Shown here: positions 26,901-38,300 of the stretch, in pieces
Numbering within the stretch: the stretch's first letter is position 1
Layout: every line of letters starts with the position of its first letter
NCBI GenBank assembly: GCA_002633005.1
Contig: NMRA01000348.1
Location: 173,065-237,064, forward strand
Source of the DNA: Phoronis australis
Taxonomy: Eukaryota; Animalia; Phoronida
Direction of reading: 5' to 3'
DNA: 64,000 nucleotides
The notes under the pieces: generated by a model
Told to the model about the DNA's origin: nothing
Seen by the model: the letters and a program-made list of their open reading frames with translations, nothing else
The model's database searches: none
Translations under genes and position numbers: made by a program

Positions 26901-26956
26901 GTGCGAAAGAAATACCGACACTTGTAACTGGGACAAAACCAGCCTGGAGTGTGAAG
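17559..26956 (+). CDS. Gene B: secreted SUEL/rhamnose-binding-type lectin + CCP protein, join(17559-17616,21207-21554,23260-23445[,24716-25063,26771-26956]); terminal exon uncertain
   Basis: All junctions are phase 1 and in frame; the bracketed exon pair may be an allelic duplicate. Confidence 0.75.
21207..21554 (+). CDS. Gene B exon: SUEL / D-galactoside-L-rhamnose-binding (Gal_Lectin) domain, copy 1
   Basis: attcag| C..CDGET..LDC..FYGR..C..C..CNGKKRC..FFGADPCPGITKYLKVYYYCA |gtaagt; YGR, DPC and KYL motifs. Confidence 0.9.
23260..23445 (+). CDS. Gene B exon: CCP/sushi domain, copy 1
   Basis: tttgtag| TCKDPGTHE..GQSLTYSCKPGYQM..IKC..WDKTSLECE |gtaatg. Confidence 0.85.
24716..25063 (+). CDS. 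Gene B exon: SUEL/Gal_Lectin domain, copy 2
   Basis: Same splice sites and length (348 bp) as copy 1; 12 amino-acid differences. Confidence 0.88.
26771..26956 (+). CDS. Gene B exon: CCP/sushi domain, copy 2
   Basis: Nucleotide-identical to 23260-23445. Confidence 0.83.
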
Positions 26957-28604
26957 GTAATGTGTACTTCGTAAGCCAACACTAGCGTGTGATTATCTTA
27001 CCCATATGCGTTCACAGTTATTTCCACATGTAACTGCAGGCTGTACACTTGAAAGGAAATAGTAAGGAATTAACTTTGAGATCTTATGTTCGACCATCCA
27101 AATTAATGTCTAGTGTCCTATTCTACTTTTGATAACCGGCCTTCATTTTTTTTCTGCTTTCTAAAATTCTCTCTTTGCCGAACCGCTTTGAGCGGATTCC
27201 CGAAATGTAGATGATTTCCACGATTTGATATGTAGGGAGTTCTTGGTGAGCAAATACATAGACGAGCCGGTACCGCCAATTGGTGACTGGTGAGTTGGTG
27301 AATGTTATGATTGCGCAATCAACCAGAGAGGAACCGTTGAATGTGTGAAATTTCGACCATTTTCAGATTCCGCCACAATAATGGAAGTGCACTATGCTTC
27401 AAATTTCTAAGGCAGACCTTATCACTTCGTGGTAATAGTAGCCGCGTCTGGCTACAGGGATAAGTTAAAAGCCGTTTGCATAACACACTTTATTATTTAG
27501 TTGCAAGCGATGAAAAGTGTCCGAACAAGCGTTGAAAAGGAGAAACCGAAAAAGGGGTAATCTGTAATGAAGAAAAACACATAGTCTGAATACTCTACAA
27601 GCAAGCGTAATAAACAAGCACTGTATACCGAGAGCGTTAGAAAGACTCGCGACAATGACTCTATGACAGGCAAATACTACATGTACCTCGCTAACAATAC
27701 ACAATTAACTGGAACCCGTACTATCTATTCTACTACTGGAAAATATTACCATACACAAACAACTCCCTAACTGCGACCCGTAAGTATTTATTCTATGAAC
27801 CGGGTACCGCCCAACATCATATGATACATGTACGCCAAACAAGCAGCTGAATGAAACTATACGTTAAACAACAACTACAGTTGTATACACGCTCTGAACT
27901 TCGCCTAGTAGATACACACGGGTAAAACATGCTATGCCATAATACTAAGTACTTACAACAGCTTGGCCAACAGTCTGTGCTTAATATAAAAGTTCTAGCA
28001 TCCGAGGAAAACACATTATTCGCGTTACAGATCTTGTCAACGAATGCCGCTATACACGAGAAACGCTAGTCACCAAAACCCGCGTAACATACCGAGGCTA
28101 CTACGCAATAATAGCCGGCCGGTCAATCTACTATTAGACTATGCAAATGCTATTGTAGCCGCTGGAAAGAACCGGCTTACTAAAAGAAACCGGCAATCAC
28201 AGCGGCGAAAGATGTACTGCTACCTATAAAGAAAATAAACAGCGTGATATGTAAACAAAACACAATAACCAATGACGAAAAATGATGCACGGCATTTACA
28301 CTATGTACTGTTGGGCGTTTGATGTTTCACGGCGCTGAGCTTTTCAGACTTGTTAAAGTTTTAACTTCAGTTTACCCAGTTAAGCTTTCGGGCCACCGTA
28401 AAGGTCCATATTTCTCACATTTCAGAGATTAGTTAAACAGAATTTCCTCTGTGTTCATAATGGATGATTTGGGTATAGATCCTGAAGAACATGTTGGTCA
28501 GTGGTCTCTAGAGGCATTGTAGTATAAGATGATCACTTACTTAGAGACGTGGTGGGTTGTTTGCAGACGTTTCGACCTGGTCCACCAGGTCTTTATGAAT
28601 GAAT

Positions 28605-29150
28605 GAGGGATTTAAATACCTAGGTCAACATGTCACACAGGATGGCAGAAGTGATGAAATAAAGATACGCATCGCAATGGCAAAATCAAGGTTCATCTCT
28701 TTGGCAGGAGTGCTAACTTAAAAAACAGCTCCCTCACTCTTAGAACAAGACTTGTGAGATGCTACATACATTCTGTACTGCTTTACGGATCTGAGGCATG
28801 GACAATGAATAGAAACATGGAGAAAAGATAGAGGCCTTTGAAATATGGACATTCAGACTGATGGCAAAAATCAGATGGGCAGAAAGAAAGACCAACAAAG
28901 ATGTTTGTAACTTGCTCAAAATTAAACCATCACTCCTAAATACAATCCGAACAAAAAAAAAACTGAAATACTTTGGTCACTGTGAAAGGCATGACACCAT
29001 CAGCAAGAACAAACTGGAAGGGAAAACAGAAGGGGTGAGAGCAAAAGGTAGCCAACGTAGAATCTATCACTGCAAGCGTTTACCAGAAAGGCAAAGAGCA
29101 TAATAGAATGGCGGGTCATTTAAATTCGACCTCTAAGGAGATGACACCAC
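28605..29150 (+). mobile_element. RTE-clade LINE 3' fragment (RT C-terminal region), decayed
   Basis: FKYLGQHVTQDG..IKIRIAMAKSRF..RLVRCYIHSVLLYGSEAWT..W.ERKTNKDV..LKYFGH..LEGKTEG.R; frameshifted. Confidence 0.85.
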
Positions 29151-29284
29151 ACTTTTACAAACACTTTGAAACCATTGCAAGTAACATTCTTGGTGCATTC
29201 ATCAATAAAAACTATCACTCCTGGAAGCTTAATAATACATGAGGTGAATTATAAATATCCAATTATCTTTAATGTTAATAGTTT

Positions 29285-29440
29285 GGTACAAATGAAGGAG
29301 ACACACGTGTACATGCACTGAAACAATGCTTGTAATGAACAAACAGGGGATACATGTACATGCATATAAACAATGCCTTTAATGTACAAAAAGAGCATTC
29401 ATGTACATGTATAGAAACAATGATTATAATGAACAAAAAA
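29285..29440. repeat. Degenerate minisatellite, ~3 copies of a ~50 bp unit
   Basis: Recurring tacatg..aaacaatg..taatg(a/t)acaaa. Confidence 0.55.
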
Positions 29441-30319
29441 TCATCCCGTGCGTCACACGGCTCTTAAAAGGTTTGTAGTGATGTACCGAACGCCAATGAG
29501 GCTGTACGTGCACCCCTCATAGCCGTTTTTATTCGGGAAATATCTATGTAACTGGCGAGTGTCAATTCATGTAAGTGTATATTTTATAAATGTAGTCATA
29601 AAGACAAATCTAATCATGCCATTTATATGTACAACACGGTACCATTCTCGCTGTCACGCGAGCATTGCGTTTTTGAAAGGTTCATTGAATGGCGAAGAAG
29701 TCTTTTCACCAGCATTTACCAAATCTCTTATTAAAACAACGATTAAATACTCCTTCAGGGATTTCCATATAGTTAACGCCAATATTTTTTAATGGTATTT
29801 AGGTAAAATAGAGGTACTCATAACCTTAATACAACGTAAGTCACTGCAATTTTAAAATGTGATCATCTTAGCAAAATTGTAATAAAATTAAACCTGTTAG
29901 GTTTACACGTTTGCTTTCTTCATATAAAACGTTCTTTTCTAACATACATGTATCTTGAGGGATTCAGAAATGCTTTTAGGCACAACAAACACGTATTTTT
30001 GGACTGGAATCCGTTAACACCAGGCTAGTGGGGTTGTGCATGAATCGCAACCTTTACCCGGTCGAACTTTCCACACTCGGTGAGCTGTTACATAAACCTT
30101 TACATTATGAGTGTCGCTCGATTTTCGATTGCTGTTCTTAAATATTTCTACAGCAGGATTGAAATTTTCATTTCACTATCGGTCGATAGCTAACCACGCT
30201 AAAATTTTCTGCCGCATTAACTACATAAGTTATACATTAACAATTTACGATTGTGCTATTGTTGTTAAAATTTGGGAAATCTCAAGTCACATGTCGTGCC
30301 ATTAAATAATAACGGGGCA

Positions 30320-30680
30320 GGTTATCATATTTGTTCCTATGTTTCTATAGTCATTTAGTTTAATGAAATCAGTTTGTATGTTGTTGCATGATGAATTTGC
30401 ATAATTAATGCAAATTAAGGCCACCATTATTGAAAATTATATTTTGCTTAAAACGCCCATACCAAGCACGTCAGACAGGTTACTTTAATGTTTTCACCTA
30501 TGCTTCCATGGTCAGTGAATTTAATGAACCTCGTTTGCTGGTGGTTACATTGTGAATTTGGATAATATGTAATAATAATAATTAAGGCCGCCATTATTCA
30601 AAATTCTACTTTTGCTTATAGCTAAGTACCAGTCACCCCAAGTAAACTATTTTAACGTCTTTACCCATGTTTCTTTGAAA
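30320..30680 (-). mobile_element. Subterminal-repeat fragment of the Academ-like family seen at 36560-37230
   Basis: aattaaggcc(a/g)ccattatt and tttgcataattaatgcaaatt are reverse complements of repeats at 36740-37100. Confidence 0.55.
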
Positions 30681-31499
30681 TCATTTTGCAAGTTGTACAG
30701 AGTGGAGTACAGCAACAAATTTAATGATTCTCATAAAGATTTAACAAACTAGAGTTTTATCATTAACAGTGATTAATTGCAGAAAATAAAATGCACTTCC
30801 TAAAATACACTAGTTCCTTAAAATAAGTGAACATTAAGTGAAATATCAAAATCTTAAAAACCAGAAACATTTCAAAAATCAGTTTATCAAGTGTCACGCA
30901 ACAATGCAATGAAAACCAAATGAGGCTAATAATATATTCATATTTGCATCGTTCTCAGTCTATGACAATTATGGGATAACTGAGGGAGCAAAATGGAATG
31001 TACAAACAGAGAAATCACTACCAAATCATGAAACACAACCGAAGAAAATGTGATTACATAGCCAGGAAGGACTAGAACAAAAGTCTACGTTTCAACAGCA
31101 GACTTTTTCAACTAAAATTACAGCAATGACAGCAAGAATAACAAATCACTTAATATGCAAAATCCAAAAATATCCGCAGAGACAAAAGCATAACATAAAA
31201 CGTAACAGGTAACTAAAAGTTTATCGACAATGGCCACAGGTCTGATTTTGGGAAGTGCAATCCTTATGCTAGAAATAGTGACTAGAATCACCTATAATTG
31301 TTTTCAACCTTAAAAATATCAATTTAAAAGTCAAAGTTTCATCTTGTTGACGATCATAATAAAAGTAAATCCAATACACTCCATGGTGTGAACAAGTTTC
31401 ACTAAAAGTAACCCTATGTACAACCTGGTTATACGAGATGGAAATTAGAAAACTTAGACCTTTGACCACAAAAATATTCTTTTTCCTTTACTAACATCG

Positions 31500-31976
31500 A
31501 TGCGTCAAAGGTTTTGGGAGTTAATGTCAGTATGAACGCTTAAGCTTTGGTCCTGGAAGGAAATTAACAGCGCCAGTTAACTTCGCACTAAACAGGTGGA
31601 TTTAATTGCTTAGCGTCAACGCTGCCACGCAGTATCAACGATCAACTTTGGTCCTATCGAAGTTATTGCCAGGGGCCACTGTTATCATTAACAATTGCAT
31701 AATAATGTGATGGCTAATAGTTGCTTATTCCTTGCTCTAATAATCACCAATCAATTTAAAAATAAGTTTTATGTCAATTAACACATGTAAATGTTCCCAA
31801 GTTGTCACATCTTAGCGTGCAGTGCTACCTTGCGATACCTTCGATCACGACAACGTCACCTACTGTTTACTTCGAAGTTCATCAACTACCGAAGCCAGAA
31901 TGAACGGTCCAGTTAACTTCGCAGTATACGCCGATGCTCCGCTCAGACAAGAGTTAAGTCAATGTGAAAGGGCCCT
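31500..31976. mobile_element. MITE-like insertion present only in the first copy of the 30.7 kb duplicate; PIF/Harbinger-like right end
   Basis: Absent from the 40050-40165 counterpart; ends aatgtgaaagggccct; internal repeat ccagttaacttcgca x2. Confidence 0.45.
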
Positions 31977-33300
31977 ATGCTAGACCACAAGCCACTTAAT
32001 CTTCTTTAGCTGGATCTGCTCGCTTAGCTTCACAGGCAAATAATCCATGTTTTGTGACTACAAACGCGCGTTTCTGAGCTCAGATAACGGAATTCATAGG
32101 TTCACGAGCTGCAGTTCGTAAGTGCGTACGGTGTGTTGTCCGGGTAGCCTTCCTTATCCAACGATTGTTGAAGGCACACTCTGCAATAAAGACAACAAAT
32201 TTTAATAGCAGACGGGTAAAAGCTATCAGTATAAGACAACTTAACTTACTGGATATTTATCGTGCTGTTTATACAACACTGATTTGTAAAACTTCCTGGC
32301 TTGATATACAGAGCCTAGAAAATAGTCTTCAAACTCAAAATTTAACCAATCACTCTCCATGATTCAAGTGTAAGACTAGTCTGCAAGTTTACTTCAAGCA
32401 TGCACTGCAGTGGGTCAGTTTTCCACATACTGTTTTGAATGAAGTTTTAATCCTGGATTCGCGACATTCAAAACAATTTTATTCTATACAACTTGAATAC
32501 AAAACATGCACATGGTCACCTATCATGCTATCACAATCGAGAACAAACCGTGCATGTGACAAAACTTAATGTGTTAATAAAAGTTGGACTTCAGGCTAAC
32601 CAGGTATCGCATTCTGTAACTTTTTAGTTCAAGTTCTATGACAAATTAATTAATATTTTTATCAAATGATGAAACTGTTGGCAACTGCAAAAAACTACAA
32701 TTCCCATTATTTTTATGAACTTTTCATTGTTTAATTTGTTAATCTGATAAGAAAATGCACAACTCTACGTAATGAGCAGAGCTAGTTGTATTCTAACTAG
32801 CTGTCTCCAGCCAGCATAGAACTTCTTGCTAATATAGTGGACATTTAGCCAGCACAACCAGGGTTAGAACTCAAAAGTTTAATCTCACATGTATACTTCC
32901 GCGTGTACTTTCTGAAACTTATAGCAAAACCAAGAAGCTTTATATTGACTTGACCAAATGGCTACAAGAATCAGTGAGCTTGTTAAAGATTATAAGCCCA
33001 TTGGCTAAACCAAGGACATATTTCATTAATTGCTTCAAATTCAAACCCTGATAGCCGCACTATTTTTAACTCAACAATGAAACATATGAAGCTCTACCTG
33101 CCATGTGGATGTAAACAGCCCAATGCCATCCCTGGGTGATTGTTTCGATGCAAATGTTTGGATGTCTAGTTCTTCCAAGTACTCCGCCAAGTTAATAGAC
33201 ACCTGAAAACAATGAGATATTAGCAAACATAACAGTAAAGGATAGCTTCTTAAGAATCCAGACATAACCCATTTACAGGAAATGTTATCCATGTAAAGAT

Positions 33301-33466
33301 CAGGGGCGGTCGGGCGGATCCAGGATTTTCAGTTAGGGTAGTTAGGACAGAGTAGGGTTTTGCCCATCAGACATTCACCCCCTGCCCGCCCAACTGCCAA
33401 TTGATCTTGTAGCTTTTTAGGAGGCCGGGGCCATGGCCCCTTAGCTGTCCTCTGAATCCACCATTG
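33301..33466. mobile_element. Short hAT-like MITE (CAGGGGCGG..CC(A/G)CCA(T/C)TG termini); second copy 41406-41560
   Basis: Imperfect terminal inverted repeats at the same site in both duplicate copies. Confidence 0.5.
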
Positions 33467-35087
33467 AAGATACCGTCATGGTTTTCACTAGAGGTCTTAC
33501 GTAACCATAATAGTTTACAGTAAAAATAAAATTATTATCTCATGTACTACAGTAAACATAAAAATACTATATCCTGTACTCCTACCAATCACTTTACTGG
33601 CTGACATTTGCAAAGATATTAAATTGAGGTTCCAAGCAAATCTCTAGAGGGAAAGAATATGCCCTACAGACATGGGTAGATAATTCTAGTCAGTCCATAT
33701 TCAACTCAACCCAACTCCTAGGTAAAGTTGTACCCAGATTAACTATCACTTTCACCATGACACTGAAATATTTGATATCAATAAAACCAGTTAAACTCGC
33801 ATTGAATGTGAAAATTTTAAGGCTGAATATGCAAACTTTTGCGACATTCTAGTATTCCACAACCCGCTAAAAATTTGAAAGCACATACTCAATCCCAAAG
33901 TCAAATCACACAGATTTTCCTTATTTGCATTGAATTATTTGGTGCAATTAGATAGGAATTATGCAAGTTTCACTGTGNATGCCCAAAAATTTGAGCACCA
34001 CCCATATTTTAGGATGGGTGCGTGGATGAGGCAAGTGAACCTTGCAAATTATTGACCTGTAGTGATATGAGATTTCAAAATCAGGAGCTTCCAAGAATTA
34101 CTACAAACATAGACATAAGCACACACAACCAACGCCAATATACCCAACTTGGGAAATGATTACACTATGCCTTGGTAGTCCCCCCTTGCATTGATCACAC
34201 TGACACAACCTCAGAAGACAGAAATATAATAAAGTAATAGCCTTATGTGAACGTTATGGATTCCTCTGATGGACCACCAGAAGTATATTACGCATTAGAA
34301 GTTTAGATAATTCACACACAGAATGAGTCCATGTCGGTATGTGACAGCGTGACTCGTGAGTGCCTGACAATAACAATTGAACTTAACACGTTCGTTGGAA
34401 ATTACACCACCGATTGTGGCCAATCGATTTTAGAACGCTCTCTGGCACTAACCTGACTTCCAAAACTTCTGAAATTTCTTCTTTCTGGCTCTGCTCGTAG
34501 TTATATAAACTTCATTGTCGCGGGCTAGCCAACACACGACTTTTTCTTCGAAGTTGACTGTCGGTTATAAAATTTAAACTGTTAACTTCCGGTGGAAACT
34601 GCCTTACGAATACAACTCAACACAAAGGAAACTTGCACAATAACTACGTTTTTTTAAGAATTGCATGAGTTCTATTGATTGAATTGTACTGACCAGGTCA
34701 GTGTCTCAGGTGGTTAACATTGGGTGCATTCTTACTGCTGTTGGTCACCGGATTTTCGTCTACATTTAAATTCAAAAAGACGTGTGATAATGATTGCGTA
34801 ATTGCACTAAATCAGTACTTACCAGGTTAAACGTTCGTCGTTTTATGGTTTGTTTCTATATAAATGTTAAGGAAACATTCGGGCAACATTTTTATGAGAT
34901 GATGGGTTTTGCATGAGCAAACAATAATTTTTTGTTGGAAAATAATAGGAAAAATTTCGAACCAAAAATTAAATATCTCAATATATTCAAATTTTAACAA
35001 CTTGAAAACGTAAATTTTCACCACCTAGAAACCTTAGAGTTTTTAGAAAATTCAAGTATTCCACATATGAAAAAATCCAGTTTTCTG

Positions 35088-35486
35088 AAAAACTTAAGAA
35101 GTCAGGAAAACTTAAGTTTTTAAAATTACAAAAACTTAAGTTTTGTGATAAACTTAAGTTATCAGAAAAACTAAAGTTTTGTTAGTACAAAAAACTTAAG
35201 TTTTCATGAAAACTTAAGTTATTACTTGAAACTTAAGTTTATTTTTGAAAACTTAAGTTTTACACCTGAAAAAACTTAAGTTTTCTGAAAAACTTAAGTT
35301 TTCTGAAAAACTTAACTTTGTGCTGAAAAACTTAAGTTTTTTCCGAAAAACTTAAGTTTTAAAAACTTAAGTTTCTTTTAAAAACTTAAGTTTTTCGGAA
35401 GAACTTAAGTTTTCCTCTAAAACTTAAGTTTTTTCGCCAAAAACTTAAGTTTTCAGCGAAAAACTTAAGTTCATTTTTGTAAGGGC
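35088..35486. repeat. Array of ~20 palindromic AAAACTTAAGTTTT units at a transposon end (..ttcatttttgtaaggg)
   Basis: Direct reading; spacing ~15-24 bp; the reverse-complement end ccctaacaaaaatgaac occurs at 39097. Confidence 0.85.
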
Positions 35487-35559
35487 TCCCTTAACATTGT
35501 ACAAGGATATTGGAGACATCCCACGAAGAAGCTAACCCCATTATTGTGCAACTGGACGT

Positions 35560-37230
35560 GAAATGTGCATATTATGAACTTAACAAATTTCAGGTTGTTT
35601 CGGATGAAAAAAATGTAGTTGTCCTTCGTGTGTATTAGTAAGCAAGGAATAGCTTCAAATACCACAACCATGAAATCACCTAGTAAGCGTAGAACAGTCA
35701 TAGACATAAAGTTAACAGTGAAAACATGTAGCGATATTTTGAAGGTCTATTCCCTCCCCAGGCACTGTAGGGGTGTAACACGGTGGCATGCTACTATGTA
35801 GTTGGACAGGGCTCCATCTTTTAAATGTTGAAGGCTAGACATGACCTGTCTGCCGTCGGCCCTTTTAATGCACATTTTTTCGATGCCATGAAAGAGGCCA
35901 CTAAATGTATGTGTGCGTGTTATGGAATGAAGAGAATAAGGAAGATATCAGCAACCAGACTATTGGTATGGGGAAGAGAAATGGCAAGAATTATATGTCC
36001 GCCCCCAAACTGTCACCGACAACAGAGCATTCACAGAGAATGTAAACGTAAATAGAGCCCATTACCAGTCAGTCATGTGGTGGAATGTCACCAGCACTAG
36101 ACCCAGAAGACTATGGATGAATGAAAGGTGCCATAAACAAATCACTCTCACCATCTATAATTCCGCATGGTGTGCAACTAGCTCCTATTGCATACTGTGA
36201 TGATTAGGTGTAGCTGCAAAGGTCAGATTCCACGAAATTCAAGTGGATACAATTGCAGTGTTAATTGTCTATCCCGCACAATATTTTGGGCACGTTATAT
36301 TGTATTATGCTGACGTTCTAACTGTTGAATTAGCATTTCAAACATCTTGTGACTGGTCTCCATTCGATAGGTTATTGTCCTGGGTTTATGCAATTAAACA
36401 ATTTGGTCATCTACTAAATATACCCTGGTTATCAAAACTAGAAATTGTAATGTTGTGAACAAAATTATAAATTATTTATATTGATTTTATAATGACAGAT
36501 TACAATAAATTCATCAGCAAAAATACCAAAATAATGTAAATGTAGTGCCCCGTAAGAAAGTTACGAGCAGGAATATAATTTTCAATAATGATCGCCTATA
36601 TTTGCACAAATCATGCTAACTTATCATGCAACTCGCGAGCTGATTTAATTAACCTAATTGACCATAGGAACATAGGTTCAAGTGACTTTAGCGGTGGTGC
36701 TCGGTACCGCAGCTATAAGCACCAAGTAGAAATAAGAATAATGGCGCCCTTAATATGCATTAGTTATGCAAATTTGCATTAATTATGCAAATTTATCATG
36801 TAACAACATGCAATCTGATTTCATTAAAGTAATTGACCAATAGAATATCGGTGCAAATATCATAAAAGTTCACCTCTAGTGCCTGGTACAGTAGCTATAG
36901 GCACAAGAAGAATTTTGAATAATGGCGACCTTAAAGTGGATAAATTATGCAAATTAACAATGTATTCACCAAAAAAACTTGCACTATTAAATTTGTTGAC
37001 CATGAAAACATGGATAAAATCGTCAAAGTTGTCTGGCTGCAGTGCTTGGTAAGGAAATTACAAGTAAAAATAGAATTTTGCATAATGGCGACCTTAATTT
37101 ACATATTTAAAAAAAGTGCTCAAGGGTCACCTCCCTATATCATGGTTACTTTAACCTAGGCTCCATGGAAGAGCAAAGCAAAAAAACTTTATCTGACAAA
37201 TACAGTTTCAGCCCCCTGGCTCGCGGACTA
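35560..37230 (+). mobile_element. Academ-like (XPG-domain) DNA transposon 3' relic
   Basis: Decayed coding remnants (GC(N/D)TV, KEATKCMCACYG, RAHYQ..W..DPEDYGW, IRCSCKG Cys cluster); subterminal aataatggcg/tatgcaaat repeats; terminus ..gctcgcggacta (TAG on the minus strand). Family assignment is from recalled Academ architecture. Confidence 0.6.
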
Positions 37231-37234
37231 CTGC

Positions 37235-38300
37235 TATTTTGATGGATTTTTGTATTGCGCATGCTTAACACTCGCATCAAATCTGAAGAATAGGTGCCTA
37301 GGATTGTCAAAGCATCGTGATTAAATAGAGTGCAAAATCGACCTTAAAACTACAATGTGAAAGATTCTTTAATAAATGTATGAGTCATGTTACAGATATC
37401 AATGATTCTTTATTGACGTGAGAAAATCTCAACTAGTTTAGTGATCAATATAAAACTAGTCCACGAAACTGAAATAGTCGGATAAAACATGCCCGTATTT
37501 TGCGAACCAGTTTGATGCCCGTTATTCAGTCGAAAAAAATGGTTCTCAAAAGGAGGGTAGGTTATATCCAAACATTACCCCGGGAACTGCCAGTTCTTTA
37601 CGCATCGGTTGCTTGTCCATGCCACTTATTGATGCCTTTTGCTGCTGGGTGGAAAACCACGCCCCACTATCGATTTGTTTATATAAATGTACTGCGTGCA
37701 GGCCAAATATGCAAAAACAGTCCGGTTTGTGCTTGCAGTTCATTAAGCCTACTGGCTGAAGCACCGGAATGTCAACCGATATTTGATCGGTGTATTCTAT
37801 ACATGTACATGTACATTTGTACTTCGGTCAGTCTAAGTTTGAGCTGATATGGAAGTGAAAACTGTAGAAGCAATTGTTTTGGTATTTACATGTACTGCGG
37901 CAGGATTAGTAGGTAAGCTTCGTTGTTTTTCATTTTTAGAATTGTGAGACATGCAAAAATCATCTTACTTATTTGTACATTGTGCATGTACACTGAAAAC
38001 AACGAAAAATTACTCCACTTCTCCATTTTTATTGTGCAGTCCTTGCAAGAATCCTTTTGGTAAAAACTTGAGCCGGTAATGAGTTTCCGACACAACGCGC
38101 TTTCAAATCTGCCGTCTAGGTTCTAAGTCTAACGCATTTTGTTTGTTGCTTTGTAATGTACTCTCCTTTACCGAGTAGAATCATTTAGAGCGAAATCATC
38201 GGAGACTTTGCCTGCCATCCTAGTACTCTAAGAGACTTGTGTTTTCTCTAAATATCTGTCGGATTATAGTTTCTGCAAACTATTTTAGCTTACACGTAGT
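37235..38300 (+). promoter_or_regulatory. Upstream/promoter + first-exon block of gene C (paralogue of 17051-17975)
   Basis: Colinear similarity to the gene B block, beginning immediately after the Academ-like terminus. Confidence 0.6.
37849..37912 (+). CDS. Gene C first exon: signal peptide [21 protein letters not shown](G)
   Basis: Paralogue of 17559-17616 with an in-frame 6-bp insertion; donor G|gtaagc. Confidence 0.7.

Larger units (their letters stand above)
23704..27213 (+). repeat. Tandem duplicate unit copy 2 (of 20209-23702)
   Basis: Colinear with copy 1; the last ~0.68 kb appears identical. Confidence 0.92.
30710..33510 (+). repeat. Dispersed ~2.3-2.8 kb duplicate (second copy ~39315-41603)
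   Basis: Colinear blocks cattaacagtgattaattgcagaaaataaaatgcactt, ccacaagccacttaatcttctttag, cagagcctagaaaatagtcttcaaactcaaaa, ggtcttacgtaacca. Confidence 0.85.

Noticed and set aside
27367-27410. Possible terminal exon of gene B (tttcag| DSATIMEVHYASNF*)
   Set aside because: Phase-compatible but short, with no homology or transcript support, so it was not called.
33978-33978. Third N join as another tandem-duplication breakpoint
   Set aside because: No adjacent duplicate was seen; the contig simply ends in a repeat also present at 15640-15886.
35088-35486. CRISPR-like array of palindromic repeats
   Set aside because: Linkers are only ~1-10 bp and low-complexity, there are no cas genes, and the context is eukaryotic; it fits a transposon subterminal array.
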